64,000 bases of DNA from Octopus bimaculoides (Eukaryota), in contig NC_068992.1 in the NCBI RefSeq assembly GCF_001194135.2, forward strand, positions 1,733,040-1,797,039, given 5' to 3'. The translations under genes and the position numbers were made by a program. Shown here one piece after another: positions 40,106 through 53,480 of the stretch; the first letter of the stretch is position 1; the number at the start of each line of letters is the position of its first letter. The notes under the pieces were generated by a model. The model saw only the letters and a list, made by a program, of their open reading frames with translations. It was not told where the DNA came from and did no database searches.

Positions 40106-42802
40106 TATCAGTGTCTGTGAATGCAAAACTCTGAAAAGAATCAGTAGCAGCCTAAACAAATCTTCCCATCTATGCACCAAATGGAAAACAAAAACTTACT
40201 TTATTTTCCGGTAATTTTCAGGTAATTTATAACTTACATTATAAATTACCCGAAATCGTGTAGAAATCTCTTCTGTTTAAGAGGCATATCTGTCGAAGAT
40301 GGTATGTTCCAACATGGAATTAAAACTAAATGAAATAAAGATATTGCTGGGCAACGACAAGATAATCAGCCAGGGTATATATCTGTGTGTGTTTGTGAGT
40401 GTGTGTGTGTGTGTGTTGTGTGTATGCGTGTGCGTGTGTGTTGTGGGCGTGTGTGTGCATATAGTGAAAAGGAGACAAGAGAGGCAGGTATATGCATGTG
40501 TACATACGTATGTAAGAGATACCGGAAAGATTATTAGACGAAGAACACAAAAAAAAAGGCAATGACAAATTCACCCTCACAGATAAAACAGATACGACAT
40601 AGCATAAAATTTCTCAAATCACACATATACAATGCTATTTGAACGAAATGTGTTTTAGTTAAAGAAGGGCCGAATCTATCATTAAAACAGATGAAACAGA
40701 ACAAACCAATATATCACATCGACCGACAAATACACGAGTATATATTATTAAAACACCAATATAAGAAACCTCGTAAACATGAAACCACAAAGGAAACCTG
40801 AAAGTGGTAAACGTCGTCATGAAAATGTTACAGAAGTCACAAAAATGCAAATTTTTCTGATCAGTCACAAAAGTAACTTTCACATTGCAGCAAATGCCCG
40901 ATATAAAATTGAAGTTTTTCAAAACGAAAAAGGTGGAGAGATAAACTATTAAGATTGATTTATAGCAAAATGATCAACACTCAGAAGCAACAAGCATGAA
41001 TAAAATCAATGTAACCACAGCTTAACTTTCACCTGACTCTGTTACTAGACCAGTGTGTTCGCCAAAAAAACTTCTACTAACATTTCATCCAGACCATGCT
41101 CCGGAGTAAATTTTGAATGAATTAGGAACTCTACCGCTCCAAAGGATGCACAAACACACACACACACAAAAAGATATTCCGAAAATATTTTACAACTTTC
41201 ATCGTAGCAGATTAAACACGATTACAGTCTTGTCTTCAATATAAAATGTTTAACAGAAAAGCGGTTCCAAACACTCCTACGTATAAGCAAACATATATAC
41301 ATATTTGATTAAGGATTAGCATCCAAAATGTCTAGACATTCTCCCTTCTTAAGCGTTGAAACAGTACATTTGTTTAAACTTGTCCATCCTGCATTGCTTA
41401 TTTCTTTTAGTGATTTCATTGTTTTCGTTACATATATACATAAATGCGCGTATACATCCTTCCATATATAAATACACGTATACATGACTGTATGTGTGGA
41501 TTACTGTGTCAGGCAGAAAATAGACAAAAAAGTATGTAAAATATATTTAAGCGAGGTGCATAGAATAAATCTAATACTTTCCACACAGGTCGACACAAAC
41601 AGATAATGCATTTATTCGCTGCAGCTTTTAAGAAGCATGCAATAATTTTGCTTTCCTTCTATATCTGTCATGTTTCTATCCAATTTTTGAAAAACATTAC
41701 GCATGTCTCTTCCCTCATTTTCAAATAACTTCAATAACCTTAACCCCGTCTGTCTTTTTATTACGACAGTTTTACTAAAATTCATGTCTGAAATTGTTCT
41801 GTTTTGTGTATGCAATTTCCTAAATTTTCATTCCATTTTCACGAACGCTGTTGCCACAAGATAAACAGATCCATTTTTCCATTTGTATCAACACTTTGAT
41901 GTTTTACTCCACTCTTGAAAGCTTTTGTGTTTTCTCCTAACCTGTGGTTAATCATCTGCTGAAATCTCTGTTGACTTTCTGTTTGCTCCAGCAAAGCTAG
42001 GTATGAAATATACTATATCCGATATACGGTGTTTGTTCTTGAATAACGGCTACTTTTGTTGTTATTGGTGGTGGTAGTGGTGTGGGTGAATAATGTGTAT
42101 GTATTTGTATCCGTACAATGTAACTATATTTATATGTGAATACAATTCACATTATGTGTATTGATAGATACTATGATTAGGTTTACATATATACGCATAT
42201 ATATATATATACAGAGAGAAAGAGACAGAGACAGAGAGAATGGGACGTGGAATCAATTTATAAATCGTCTAAAGCAAAACGAGGGATATTAAAGGTACAC
42301 CCGAATAAAAGCATCAATTCTGTGCAAGCATAACTAACCTCATGTTGTTGACAAGAAACAGAAGTCATGCACTGCTGTAGAGGTCAGCTGGTGTGAATCT
42401 AGAATCACAAGTTCAGGGAAAAAAACGAACAGTTACGGGGGAATAGATGCAGAATTTACAGCTCTTGTATCTTAACGATGAATTCTCATTTGTATCATTT
42501 CAGGTGTATTAGGTTATGTACCAACAAATTTGCACGAAAACCGAGAAGTACTTGGTTTCACGGAGAAAGAGCAAATGTAACTGACGCCGATCCTCCAGAT
42601 CTAATCTCTTAGTGGCACAGTGAAGATATGTAGGACATTGTAAAACTTTCCATCCGAGATTCTCATGTGAGTAGATGCACACTCTTGGGTATATGCAGCC
42701 ACAGTTCAACCAACTTACCAAATCGACCACATCTTCACAAACACCGGAAGCTGAGTTAGTAAGCGGCTTGATTTCTCTAAAGAACTTAAAACACATACAC
42801 TC

Positions 42803-42851
<49 letters not shown>

Positions 42852-43044
42852 NNNNNNNNNNNNNNNNNNNNNNNNNNNNNNNNNNNNNNNNNNNNNNNNN
42901 NNNNNNNNNNNNNNNNNNNNNNNNNNNNNNNNNNNNNNNNNNNNNNNNNNNNNNNNNNNNNNNNNNNNNNNNNNNNNNNNNNNNNNNNNNNNNNNNNNNN
43001 NNNNNNNNNNNNNNNNNNNNNNNNNNNNNNNNNNNNNNNNNNNN

Positions 43045-43097
<53 letters not shown>

Positions 43098-43215
43098 GTA
43101 TATGCACACGGCAGTCACCTAGGCATACCAGCCTCACCTCTTCCCAGTCATGTGTACAAATCCTTTAAAGCAAAATTTGTGGAATACCCCAATAACATCA
43201 TCAATTAGCTGCAAA

Positions 43216-43281
43216 TATAACAGACCTGATATTGTTCTGTGAGACAAGGAACGGAAATCAAGCACTTTTGTAGAGCTGCCC
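43216..43281 (+). mobile_element. RLE-type LINE endonuclease fragment
   Basis: Translation YNRPDIVL*DKERKSSTFVELP matches the NRPDIV..D......(I/V)(D/E) PD-(D/E)xK motif. One stop. Confidence 0.55.
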
Positions 43282-43674
43282 AACTTATGTGAATATGTAT
43301 GTATGTATATATGTATGTATGTATGTATGAGAACTAAGGATACACTGTGGGGGAATGGAACTATATTTACATGTAGAAATTTAGACATGACGCTATCGAA
43401 GAAGTGTTAAGTTGAAAATCTGTCTCCGCTTGCACTATGGTTTCGAGGACCCTTATCTAAAGAGGTCTTTATTATTTTAGCTTTCCTCAGCATATTGGTT
43501 TGATGTTGGTAGGCATATTTGCATATGTCGGTATATTTGTGGATACATTTGGCATTATATATGTGTATGAATGTGAGCGTATATGCTTAATATGTACGCT
43601 CGCTTCAGTATGTATGTATGAATATATGCATTTATATCTACACATACACACACACACATGCACATGCACACGCA

Positions 43675-43734
<60 letters not shown>

Positions 43735-44779
43735 CACGCATATTCAAGTACGTTTGTAAGCTTTGACTATTATATTAATACTTTATATTAATATTAATCT
43801 GCGTCTTATTTTGTACACTACATGCTCCCTTTAATATTATTAGCTTTCATAATAGTAATCCTGTTGTAAGAACGTAGAAAACAAGCCGTTTACAAATTGC
43901 TTGAAATCTAATCTATATATCGGCAAAGGAAACTTCGTCGAGTCACAGAATAAAAGAAAAGATTAGAGAATGTAGCCCAAACCAACGAAGAGGAAGACAT
44001 GAGAGAAAATAACGAAAGGAAGAAAGAAAAATGGGCCAACAAACAACCATGATAAATAGATATTAAATATGTCTTTATATTTATTAGAATTTTTAACGAT
44101 ATCCTTGATATCAGCGAAACTATTATGGGCTTTTAATATCAAAAGTAAAAATGGTTTGGCCTTTGTTATGGTGGTTGTAATGTTCAGATGTTAGTCTAAA
44201 GTTTTGTTGTAGGTGGGGATGTTCTTGTTGATGCTTGAGGTATTTTTGTTGTTGTTGTTGTTGTTGTTGGTATCGTTACTAGTGGCTTCTGGTGATGTTG
44301 GCGATGTTGAAATCACTGATGCCAGCAAATGGTGCAAATAAGAATTCTATCAGAGCCGTAAGAAAAACTGATGAATAAGTAAAGTGTTGTCGATCGGTTA
44401 TCACCAGTATGGCTTCTATGCCCCAATGATTCGCGTTACGAACACCATTTGAATCACGTTATTTTACACCGAAAACTGCTATGTAGTAGTAAAACCAAAG
44501 AAGGTTTCGGTGGTGGGCATATGTGGCTTCCATTTCCTCTTTGTGTTTGTTTAATTTTTTTTTTTCAGTTCTTATGTTTCCTGAAATGAATGGAGATTTT
44601 TTTTCATCGAATCTTTCGTCTGTTATATCTTTTTATTACCTTCAACTTTAGAAATCGTGACTTAAATATATAAACCTATTCAATTGTGCTCTCACCCACT
44701 TCTAATACCCTCAGGACTATTTTTCAATATTAATAAATAAGATAAATATCTAATAACGAAAGCAGCAGCAACATCATCT

Positions 44780-44848
<69 letters not shown>

Positions 44849-46510
44849 AAGAGGTAGAAAACGAAGAACGAGGAAAAGAGATGGAGGAGCAGGAGAATGA
44901 TGGGGAGGAGGGGGAAAATAAAAATGAGGAAGGAAATGCTGATAATACGAATGATAATGAGACTGTTGTTATTAAGGTAAGAAAAGACGAAATAGAGTGG
45001 AAAGGAATTTTATTTATTTGCAATTTGGTTTTCCATGAATTTATATAATGTAAAATTATTAACATCTTAGAGTCGTTGTTAATAGAGAAGTGTATACGTA
45101 CGTGCGTTCGGTGATGGTACATATGTGTAAGATAGAGAGAGAGAGAGAGAGACTGAGAGAGTGACAGAGATAGAGAAAAATATTTAATTTTTATTATTTT
45201 GTGATATTTAATTCCAGAAAGTAAAAAAAAAAGAATAAAAAACAAATGAATTGAGAAATACATTATGTCTTCGATTCTAAAAATAATGATAAGTACTTAA
45301 GGTACTTTGAATTGAAAATATATTTCTCTTCTGTTATTAGAATTTTGTGTGTTTCTTTTTTTAAGTATTTATATTCAATTATCGTTTGAGTTGTTATTTA
45401 TATTCCACTGTTTTCTTTATTTATGTCTATATAAGGAAATCAAAAGAATATAATCAAGCACCATACGCTTATCCAATAATTCCCCTTCTTGTGGAGCCAA
45501 GATAGGAATAAAGGTTAACGTTATTGTTTATTTATTCATTCTGCAATTCTGTTTACTTACATCGTTATCACAGTCACGTGTACACCAAAGAAGTCGTGAT
45601 CTGTGAGTTTAGGTTTAAATTAGATTTAACTGATTCAATAAATGGGCTCAAATATTATTGATAATGAATAACGAAAGGAGTTCGTTAATTGATTTATTTA
45701 TTTCCCTATTTCTGTTACACAGCTTCATGGGACGTAAGATATTAAAAATAAAAGACTTTATCTTCTTGCTTAGATTCAGAGTAATCTACTTGAATTATGT
45801 GTTTCCATATACATTTAACTACGTGTGAAAACTCAATATCCCTGCTTAATGACAAACCAGATTTGTATCCCTGCTGTAGCGACACGTATTGCCCTGGTAT
45901 ATCGTAACAATATAAGAAGCGGTCATATTACAACATCCTATAGAAATATAAAGACATTCATTTATTTCGAAACCCAAAATAATAACGACACTTAATCAAT
46001 AACAGGCTCAGCCTATATTTCGTGTTTCCAAATAATGGAAATAGCAGCCAAATCTCCGCGAAAATATTTATTAGCATGATAAAACGGAAGCTACAAATTG
46101 GTATGGTAGACCAATAGACTAAATAGACAAAAATCATCATGGCTTGAATATATTTTATCATGGCTCGAATATATTTTATCAGACGACTGCTCGATTAGAC
46201 TAACCTCGGGCTCTGCAACAACGGGGAGGGGAATATTAGATTTAGACAAATATTTATATTTGAAATTGTATGGGAATATGCTTAGCGGTGTTGCGATATC
46301 TATAATCCACCACATAATTGCGACACCATCCTGACAGCTTTCATGCGTTCCACAAACGTGTGTCATATACTATATACATTTCTACTAGGTGGATATGTGT
46401 GAACACATCTGCATGATAGCATCAAGGGTCAAAACCTTTCAGTATTATATCAGTATAATTCGAAGTACACACCCACACACCCACACGCAAACACACATAT
46501 ATATCTTATA

Positions 46511-46720
46511 TCTTTCACTTGATTCAGTCATTACACTGCAACCATGCTGGGGCACCGCCGTGAAGGTTTTGTTTTTTTAAATTTTTTGTCGAATGAACCA
46601 GCCCCAGCAATTTTCTATAAAGCATGGTAACTATTCTATCGATCTATTTTGCCGAACCGGAAATTAACGAACCACAAACACACCAGCACCGATTGTCAAA
46701 CAGTGGTGGGGGACCAAACA
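46511..46720 (+). mobile_element. Repeat family C copy
   Basis: CTTGATTCAGTCATTACACTGCAACCATGCTGGGGCACCGCC...CACCAGCACCGATTGTCAAACAGTGGTGGGGGACCAAAC. Confidence 0.7.
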
Positions 46721-46835
46721 CAGATACAAAAACACACAGAGAACTATCTATACATGTGTGTGCATGTTTTTGTGTGCGTGTGCATCTTTGCATCTGTGTT
46801 TGGTGCTCACCACTGCTTAACAACGAGTGTGTTTA

Positions 46836-46983
46836 AGTTTCCGTCTACCAAAAGGCTCTGGTCAGCTCGAGGCTGTAACAGAAGACATATATGCAAGGTG
46901 CCACGCAGAGGGATTCAACAACTTAACCTGAAACCGTATGGTTGGGAAGCAAGCTTCTTATCACACAGCCACGCCTGTGCCTA
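46836..46983 (-). mobile_element. SINE family A copy
   Basis: Reverse complement of family A: AGTTTCCGTCTACC...GCAAGGTGCCACGCAG...GGTTGGGAAGCAAGCTTCTTATCACACAGCCACGCCTGTGCCTA. Confidence 0.85.
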
Positions 46984-47742
46984 TATATTTGCGCGTGTGT
47001 GTGTATGGATGCATTTTGCATGCCCCAAATAGAAAATTACATTCGCAACTTCTCACTGATTTATATTTCGATAATCAAAATCATCTAATACAAATTCTAA
47101 AATCTAGGATCTTCAAGAACATGCAAAGCTGAAAAAGGGAGCAAACAGCTGTAGTATTTACAAATGCCGAATTGTGGAAATAGTTCAATGACAGTCGAGG
47201 CCAGAAAGTACCGAGGTTCCGAAGTAAGCATCTGATCACTCTAAGTGCAGAACAAGCCATAAAATAGAATCAAACAACAGACCATTAAAATTTAAATTTA
47301 AATTTAAATTAATCTTTATGATTATTGAACAATAAAATGCAAATAGACTTCACAATAAAATTGAAACAAAATCTATGAGTAATTATTTTAGCAAAAACAA
47401 GAGAACCAAAAAGTAATTATTGTAGAAAATTAAATTTTATGTTTGGGACATATATAAGAAAAGAAAAACTTCGAACGATTAAGTAATGTGAATAAGAGAA
47501 TTTCTTTCTAAACCAATTTTTGAGACATTTTTTTCTCTCGACTGTAGAAAGTCTTGTTCCGAGAATATGTGTTCGATCTATATTAATTTTAGTCAAATCA
47601 CAACCATACACACACAAACATACATATGTATGTACATATCCGTGCAAGTAGGTGAGAGTCGATAGTGGCATGTATCTCAACGACAAAAACCACAATGTTT
47701 ATATTTCAGACCACTTGAAACGATGATATTGATTTTTTAAAG

Positions 47743-47901
47743 CACATGTGGTTCCAGAGCAGAAAGGGTAATTGCTTGGGAGCCGTCTGGAGAATTTCAA
47801 TTGGAGGCAGCGTACCAATTTCAAGTAACATTACTTTTCCAACATGAAGGGACGGGTGAATGTTTGACCGGAGGAAAATGGCTATGTGACTCCTTCCAGC
47901 C
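47743..47901 (+). CDS. Candidate internal coding exon, product unknown (TCGSRAERVIAWEPSGEFQLEAAYQFQVTLLFQHEGTGECLTGGKWLCDSFQP)
   Basis: Acceptor GATTTTTTAAAG, donor GCC|GTAAGT, 159 nt (phase 2-2), stop-free and more GC-rich than the flanks. No family recognised; other frames here also look like decayed coding sequence. Confidence 0.3.
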
Positions 47902-48096
47902 GTAAGTGCACTTATCCACACAAGGGTTACACTGCCTTCTTTATAGCAACACGGTGCACTTACAGAGGAACAAACAGTAAGCAAATTACGCAATATTTAT
48001 GATGTAGCTAATTTGCATAATTTCCTATTGGAAGAATTGGAGGTGATGTACAGGAATTACATATTGGAAAAAATGATAAAGTACTCAGATATCTGG

Positions 48097-48282
48097 ATGG
48101 TTGTACATTTACAGATTTTTATTAATATGTCACATGCTTTATAAATATTAGCGCCTGCACCTATTCTTGTAGGTTCTTCAAATTTTTGAAGAAAGTTTTG
48201 TAGAACCTACAAGAATAGGCACAGGCGCTATTATTTATAAAACATGCGACATATTAATAAAAATCTGTAAATGGACAACCAT
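48097..48282. mobile_element. MITE-like long inverted repeat
   Basis: About 80-bp arms ATGGTTGTACATTTACAGATTTTTATTAATATGTC...CCTATTCTTGTAGGTTCT and its reverse complement, roughly 6 mismatches, spacer about 25 bp. Confidence 0.85.
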
Positions 48283-48906
48283 GTGCCTAGGAGGGTAACT
48301 TTCTAGGTGCAATCCTATGGTTATTCGTGACCGAAGGGGATCTCCGAGTTATTTTTCAAATATTGATATACACAGGACGAAAAACTCATTATAGACGTAC
48401 TTAACTTGTGTCACGTGATACATATCAAATGTTGAATTAAGATTAATCTGTATTTATGACATGAAATCAATATTAAAGCGAAGATATCAATGAACTTTCT
48501 CCTGGCATCGAATTACCTATTACATAGTTCCTATTTTAACAATTATTCATCAATACCTTAACTCGAACCCGTGAAGAATATAATCAGAATCATATGAAGA
48601 TAACTTCACAGATATAGACGACCAGTAGCCAGTGCTCTTCTATCAAATACCGAATGAATATATATTTTGGGATTTTATCACTGGGCTGACACACCTAGGA
48701 ATTACAAAACTGATAAAGCGAAAGCTTACATCATCACAGAGATTTGTAACAAAGAAATATTTATAAAACATTTTGTAGTGGGCCGAGCTTACAATGATTG
48801 ATTACTACAATTAAAATGGTTGATACTCTCTGCTAGAAATGAAATAAGCATCACAAATATTATAATAGCGTCGTTTTGTAAGGATAGAAATATGCACACA
48901 GATGTG

Positions 48907-48940
<34 letters not shown>

Positions 48941-49316
48941 TGTATGTATGTATGTATTCATATATGATCAAATAGACTGCGATGAAGTTGGTCTTGTTCT
49001 GCGAGGGCAACGTATATTTTATGTAGGAAAATCAATACAATGAGTGCAGTAAAGTTGCCGTGAGAAGTCGATAAACCAACGTTTCGGAGACATTCTTTCT
49101 TCTGTGAAAAATCGAAAGAAGTGTTAAAAGAAGATATCTCACTCCTAAAACTGTATTAGAAATTTATTCTTGCCTGGTACTCGAGCTCTTTTCAACCTTT
49201 TCGGGAATCTCTTAATCGGATTTTGTACGCGGGTATTTTTGTTTACAGGTTATTCTCCGCTTTCCTAGGCTGCAGCCATGGTGTAGCGTGTATATTTATT
49301 AAGCTATATATGATGT

Positions 49317-49358
<42 letters not shown>

Positions 49359-49390
49359 ATACATATATACATATGTATATGAATAGATAT

Positions 49391-49424
<34 letters not shown>

Positions 49425-49429
<5 letters not shown>

Positions 49430-49700
49430 CATTTCTTTTATTAGCCACACAGGGCTCAACGAAGATGGGACAAATACAATGTAGAGCTTTTCTTTTTGGG
49501 AGGGGAAAAAAGGGGGGGTCGATCAAAAGGGATCGTAGGAAGGAAAAGGGGGTAGTTCGATCAAAAGGGATCAAAAAAAAAGGGCGATCAATAGGGATTG
49601 TGTATCACACAGTAATGTTCTCGTGTAAAAGGAGGGGAGGACAGTTTAGGTTTGGCCGTGGAAAGAAAAGCCTACGGAAAAGACAACGGTAACCTTGGTC
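49425..49700 (-). repeat. Probable retroelement 3' end with (TATC)n tail
   Basis: Minus strand ends GAGCCCTGTGTGGCTAATAAAAGAAATG directly before a (TATC)n run; internal GATCAAAAGGG repeats. Family not identified. Confidence 0.4.
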
Positions 49701-49784
49701 AATATTCTCATTGAAGAAACTATAACAGTAAGTGACTCTCTTTTGCCTTTTTGTTTTCTTTTTTTTTTTCTTGGATTTTTTTTT

Positions 49785-49837
<53 letters not shown>

Positions 49838-51449
49838 GCTTGTGACTATCAGATTGTTCTGGTTTCTAACAGTTCAAATATAGACACTTTAATGCCTATA
49901 CATAACAAAATGGTAGGTTTTACTTTGATAAATGTTTTAAGGGAGTAAATTATAAATGTGGGGTAAGTTTTGTGAAAGATAAATAATTTTGTTATTCAAA
50001 TGTGAAATTTCAACAACGTGCGCATGCGTTATTGAAAGAAAGTCAATAGAGAGAGGAAGACATTAGAGGTGAGTTACTCAGAGAGTGGAATTGCAAAGGT
50101 ATTATTTATATTGAATTTACCAACGATTTAGAAAACGAATATTAATGAAAATGAAAATATCTATTTGTTTGTATAGCCGTTGCTATTTCTGTTTGTACAC
50201 GGCCGTTTGTTTGTATGTGTTTAAATTTCTTTTCTACGTGTCTGAGTGAGTGTGTGTATATATATATATATATATATATNNNNNNNNNNNNNNNNNNNNN
50301 NNNNNNNNNNNNNNNNNNNNNNNNNNNNNNNNNNNNNNNNNNNNNNNNNNNNNNNNNNNNNNNNNNNNNNNNNNNNNNNNNNNNNNNNNNNNNNNNNNNN
50401 NNNNNNNNNNNNNNNNNNNNNNNNNNNNNNNNNNNNNNNNNNNNNNNNNNNNNNNNNNNNNNNNNNNNNNNNNNNNNNNNNNNNNNNNNNNNNNNNNNNN
50501 NATTTCTGTGTGTGCGTAGGTTTTGAATTACACTACCACAGTTTTTGAAAGAACAGGGGAAAGGTTAATGTAGTAAAATTAAAAGCATAACGAAATCCAT
50601 TTTATCAAAATATATATTTTATGTTCTGTATCAATTCATTACATATGTTTCTATTATATTTTGTATTAGTTTGTGAATTTAATTACTTGTGAACATGGTA
50701 TATTTTGTTTTTCTATACGCGTTTGTTATACTGTGCTACAACATTGTCATTTGTCTGTAATTTTAAAAGACATAATGGTAAATTTTGAAAATGATTTAAA
50801 ATAAGATATAATTTATGTTAAATATACTTTAAGTGTCTTCTCATGAATTTAACCCACAAACATAAACATGATATAAAACATAAATTATTCATAAATGAGC
50901 GTCTAGCTAAGTGCATTTCTTTTTAATGTGTAACAGTAGAGAACATTACAGCTTATATCAATCTATAAGTTAGAATATATTGAGACATGTTCATATAGAT
51001 ATATAAGATAATATGCTGGTATTTTAAGCGAAGTAGATATATATTTCAATACACCTCAAGTTATATGGCGCGAAGCATACATAAGAGCCTGACTACACTG
51101 AGATATGTAAACTTAAAGGATTAAGCTCACAAAATGCAAAATCTTAACGGCATGTGTAAAATGTGCATACCTCTGCAAATTTAAATATGTATAAATATAT
51201 ATAAAGAGATGGTTATATATAGGCGTAGGAATGAAATTGTGGCTAAGTATTTTACTTTGCAACCACGTGTTTCAGGGTCAGTTCCTCATCTGCTAACTGA
51301 AAGGAACATTGCACACACACACACACACACGCGCGCGCGGATAGTGCGTTGTAGTCGATTTAAGCGTCTAAAACCTTCCAATTTTAGCTACATTCTTGTT
51401 ATAATCCTATGACGGAGATTTCAAAAGGAATAAAATGATAAAAATGAAG

Positions 51450-51918
51450 CTGGTCCTCTGTGGATCACCTCCCTACTTCTCAACATAGTCACAGTTTCTC
51501 TCAATAGCAATGTTCCGCCTTCGAATGAGAGCATGTATCCCTGCCCCGTAAAATTTTGTTGACTGTTCTTTGAGCCACTTCTTCGCTACAGTTTTCACTT
51601 CCTCGTCACTGGAATAATGTTTGCCTCTCAAGCCCTCTTTCGTGGGGCCGAAGAGATGATAGTCTGAAGGCGCTAAACCTGGTGAGAGTGAAGTTAGTGA
51701 AGAAGTGTCTCAAAGAACAGTCAACGGAATTTTACGGGGCAGGGATACATGCTCTCATTCAAAGGTGGAGCATTGCTATTGAGAGGAACGGTGACTATGT
51801 TGAGAGGTAGGGATGTGATCCACAGAGGACCAGGTTCAATTTGATGTATGATACATGTTCCTGTGTTGGTAATTATACCTGTCCTAAACAAAATAGCATT
51901 ACATTTTGACTCACCCTC

Positions 51919-51919
<1 letters not shown>
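51450..51919. mobile_element. Rearranged mariner 3' end: two inverted copies of the transposase C-terminus plus one terminal repeat
   Basis: Minus strand gives SPGLAPSDYHLFGPTKEGLRGKHYSSDEEVKTVAKKWLKEQSTKFY (YSPDLAPSDY-type motif). Plus strand gives YGAGIHALIQRWSIAIERNGDYVER*. Ends GCATTACATTTTGACTCACCCTCG-TA. Confidence 0.9.
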
Positions 51920-52004
<85 letters not shown>

Positions 52005-52161
52005 TTACACTCACATAGATTCACTCTCTCACAGACACAAACAAACACATACACACACACACACACGCACATACACATACGCACACACATACACACGCAC
52101 GCACACGAACACGCACACACAAACACTCAGACACAGACACACATATCAGGTNNNNNNNNNN

Positions 52162-52210
<49 letters not shown>

Positions 52211-52603
52211 TCCAAAAGTAACAAACATCACGCTCTTCTACTCCACTGCTTCCATACAGGAATCCCTTTTTTGTGTGTGAAAAAGGCCATAGAAACAGCA
52301 TAATCTCTCTTCAAAATGATGGACAATTCTTTGACATTTTCGGTTCTTTTTTTCTCTTTTTTCACTCTCGTCCAGCAAAACAACTCACTGAACACTTTTC
52401 GAAGTTATAAGGAATTTTCTATGACGACACAGACCGACTGAACTGACATTGGATCCCGGATTTTATGATATGCATATTCATACATATGCGCCAGCATACA
52501 TAACGCACATACATACACACCTATGCATATATAGGCCTGGGTACTTAGAAATGAAAGCAAATGCATATACCTACATAAATATATACATATATATGTACTT
52601 ATA

Positions 52604-52649
<46 letters not shown>

Positions 52650-52732
52650 GACATATGCATGTATATATACATATATATATATGCATGTAAACATGATGTA
52701 TGCATGCACATGGATATATATATATATGTATG

Positions 52733-52793
<61 letters not shown>

Positions 52794-52855
52794 TTATATG
52801 CATATAAGTGTGTGTGAGTGTGTGTGTGAGTGTGTGTGCGTGTATGTATATATAA

Positions 52856-52891
<36 letters not shown>

Positions 52892-53430
52892 TGTATGTAT
52901 GTATTAGAATATTCGTGTATTTGTGGTGGGGAAGGTTTAGGTTATATGCATATTTATTAATCACATATGCAGTACTTTGTAATTAAACAGAAGGCACATA
53001 CATTTGGGAATAAGTACGTGGAACAATTTAAGGACAGTAGCAGCAACCGCTGTTGCTATAATGTTGCCACCAACGGCAACTAAGCCATTAATAATGGTGG
53101 TTATGTACGTCTTTTTCTATTCGAAAAAAGAAATGCACCCACATCTATATTAATAAGCCATGTCTTTTCATCGCCCGTATCATTGAATTGTTTCCATTGT
53201 GTTTCGTTAATGCATAACCTAGTGGATTTCTTTTGTGCCCACAACGTGCATCAGTAATCTGAGAGAATTGTTGCATGAAACAGTATTTATAATGAACTTA
53301 GTATGGCTTTGTGTATCGCATCGTGCAACGCCATAAAGCGTATGACATATAGGTTTCTACAGAAACGCACACACTCACCCGATATTTATATGGGAACCTG
53401 TTTGCATACACATGCATTCATTCATACATG

Positions 53431-53480
<50 letters not shown>

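Noticed and set aside
46091-46366. 91-aa minus ORF with a hydrophobic stretch and a 21-bp duplication
   Set aside because: No splice signals or recognisable domain, and the opposite strand is equally open, so no coding frame can be assigned.
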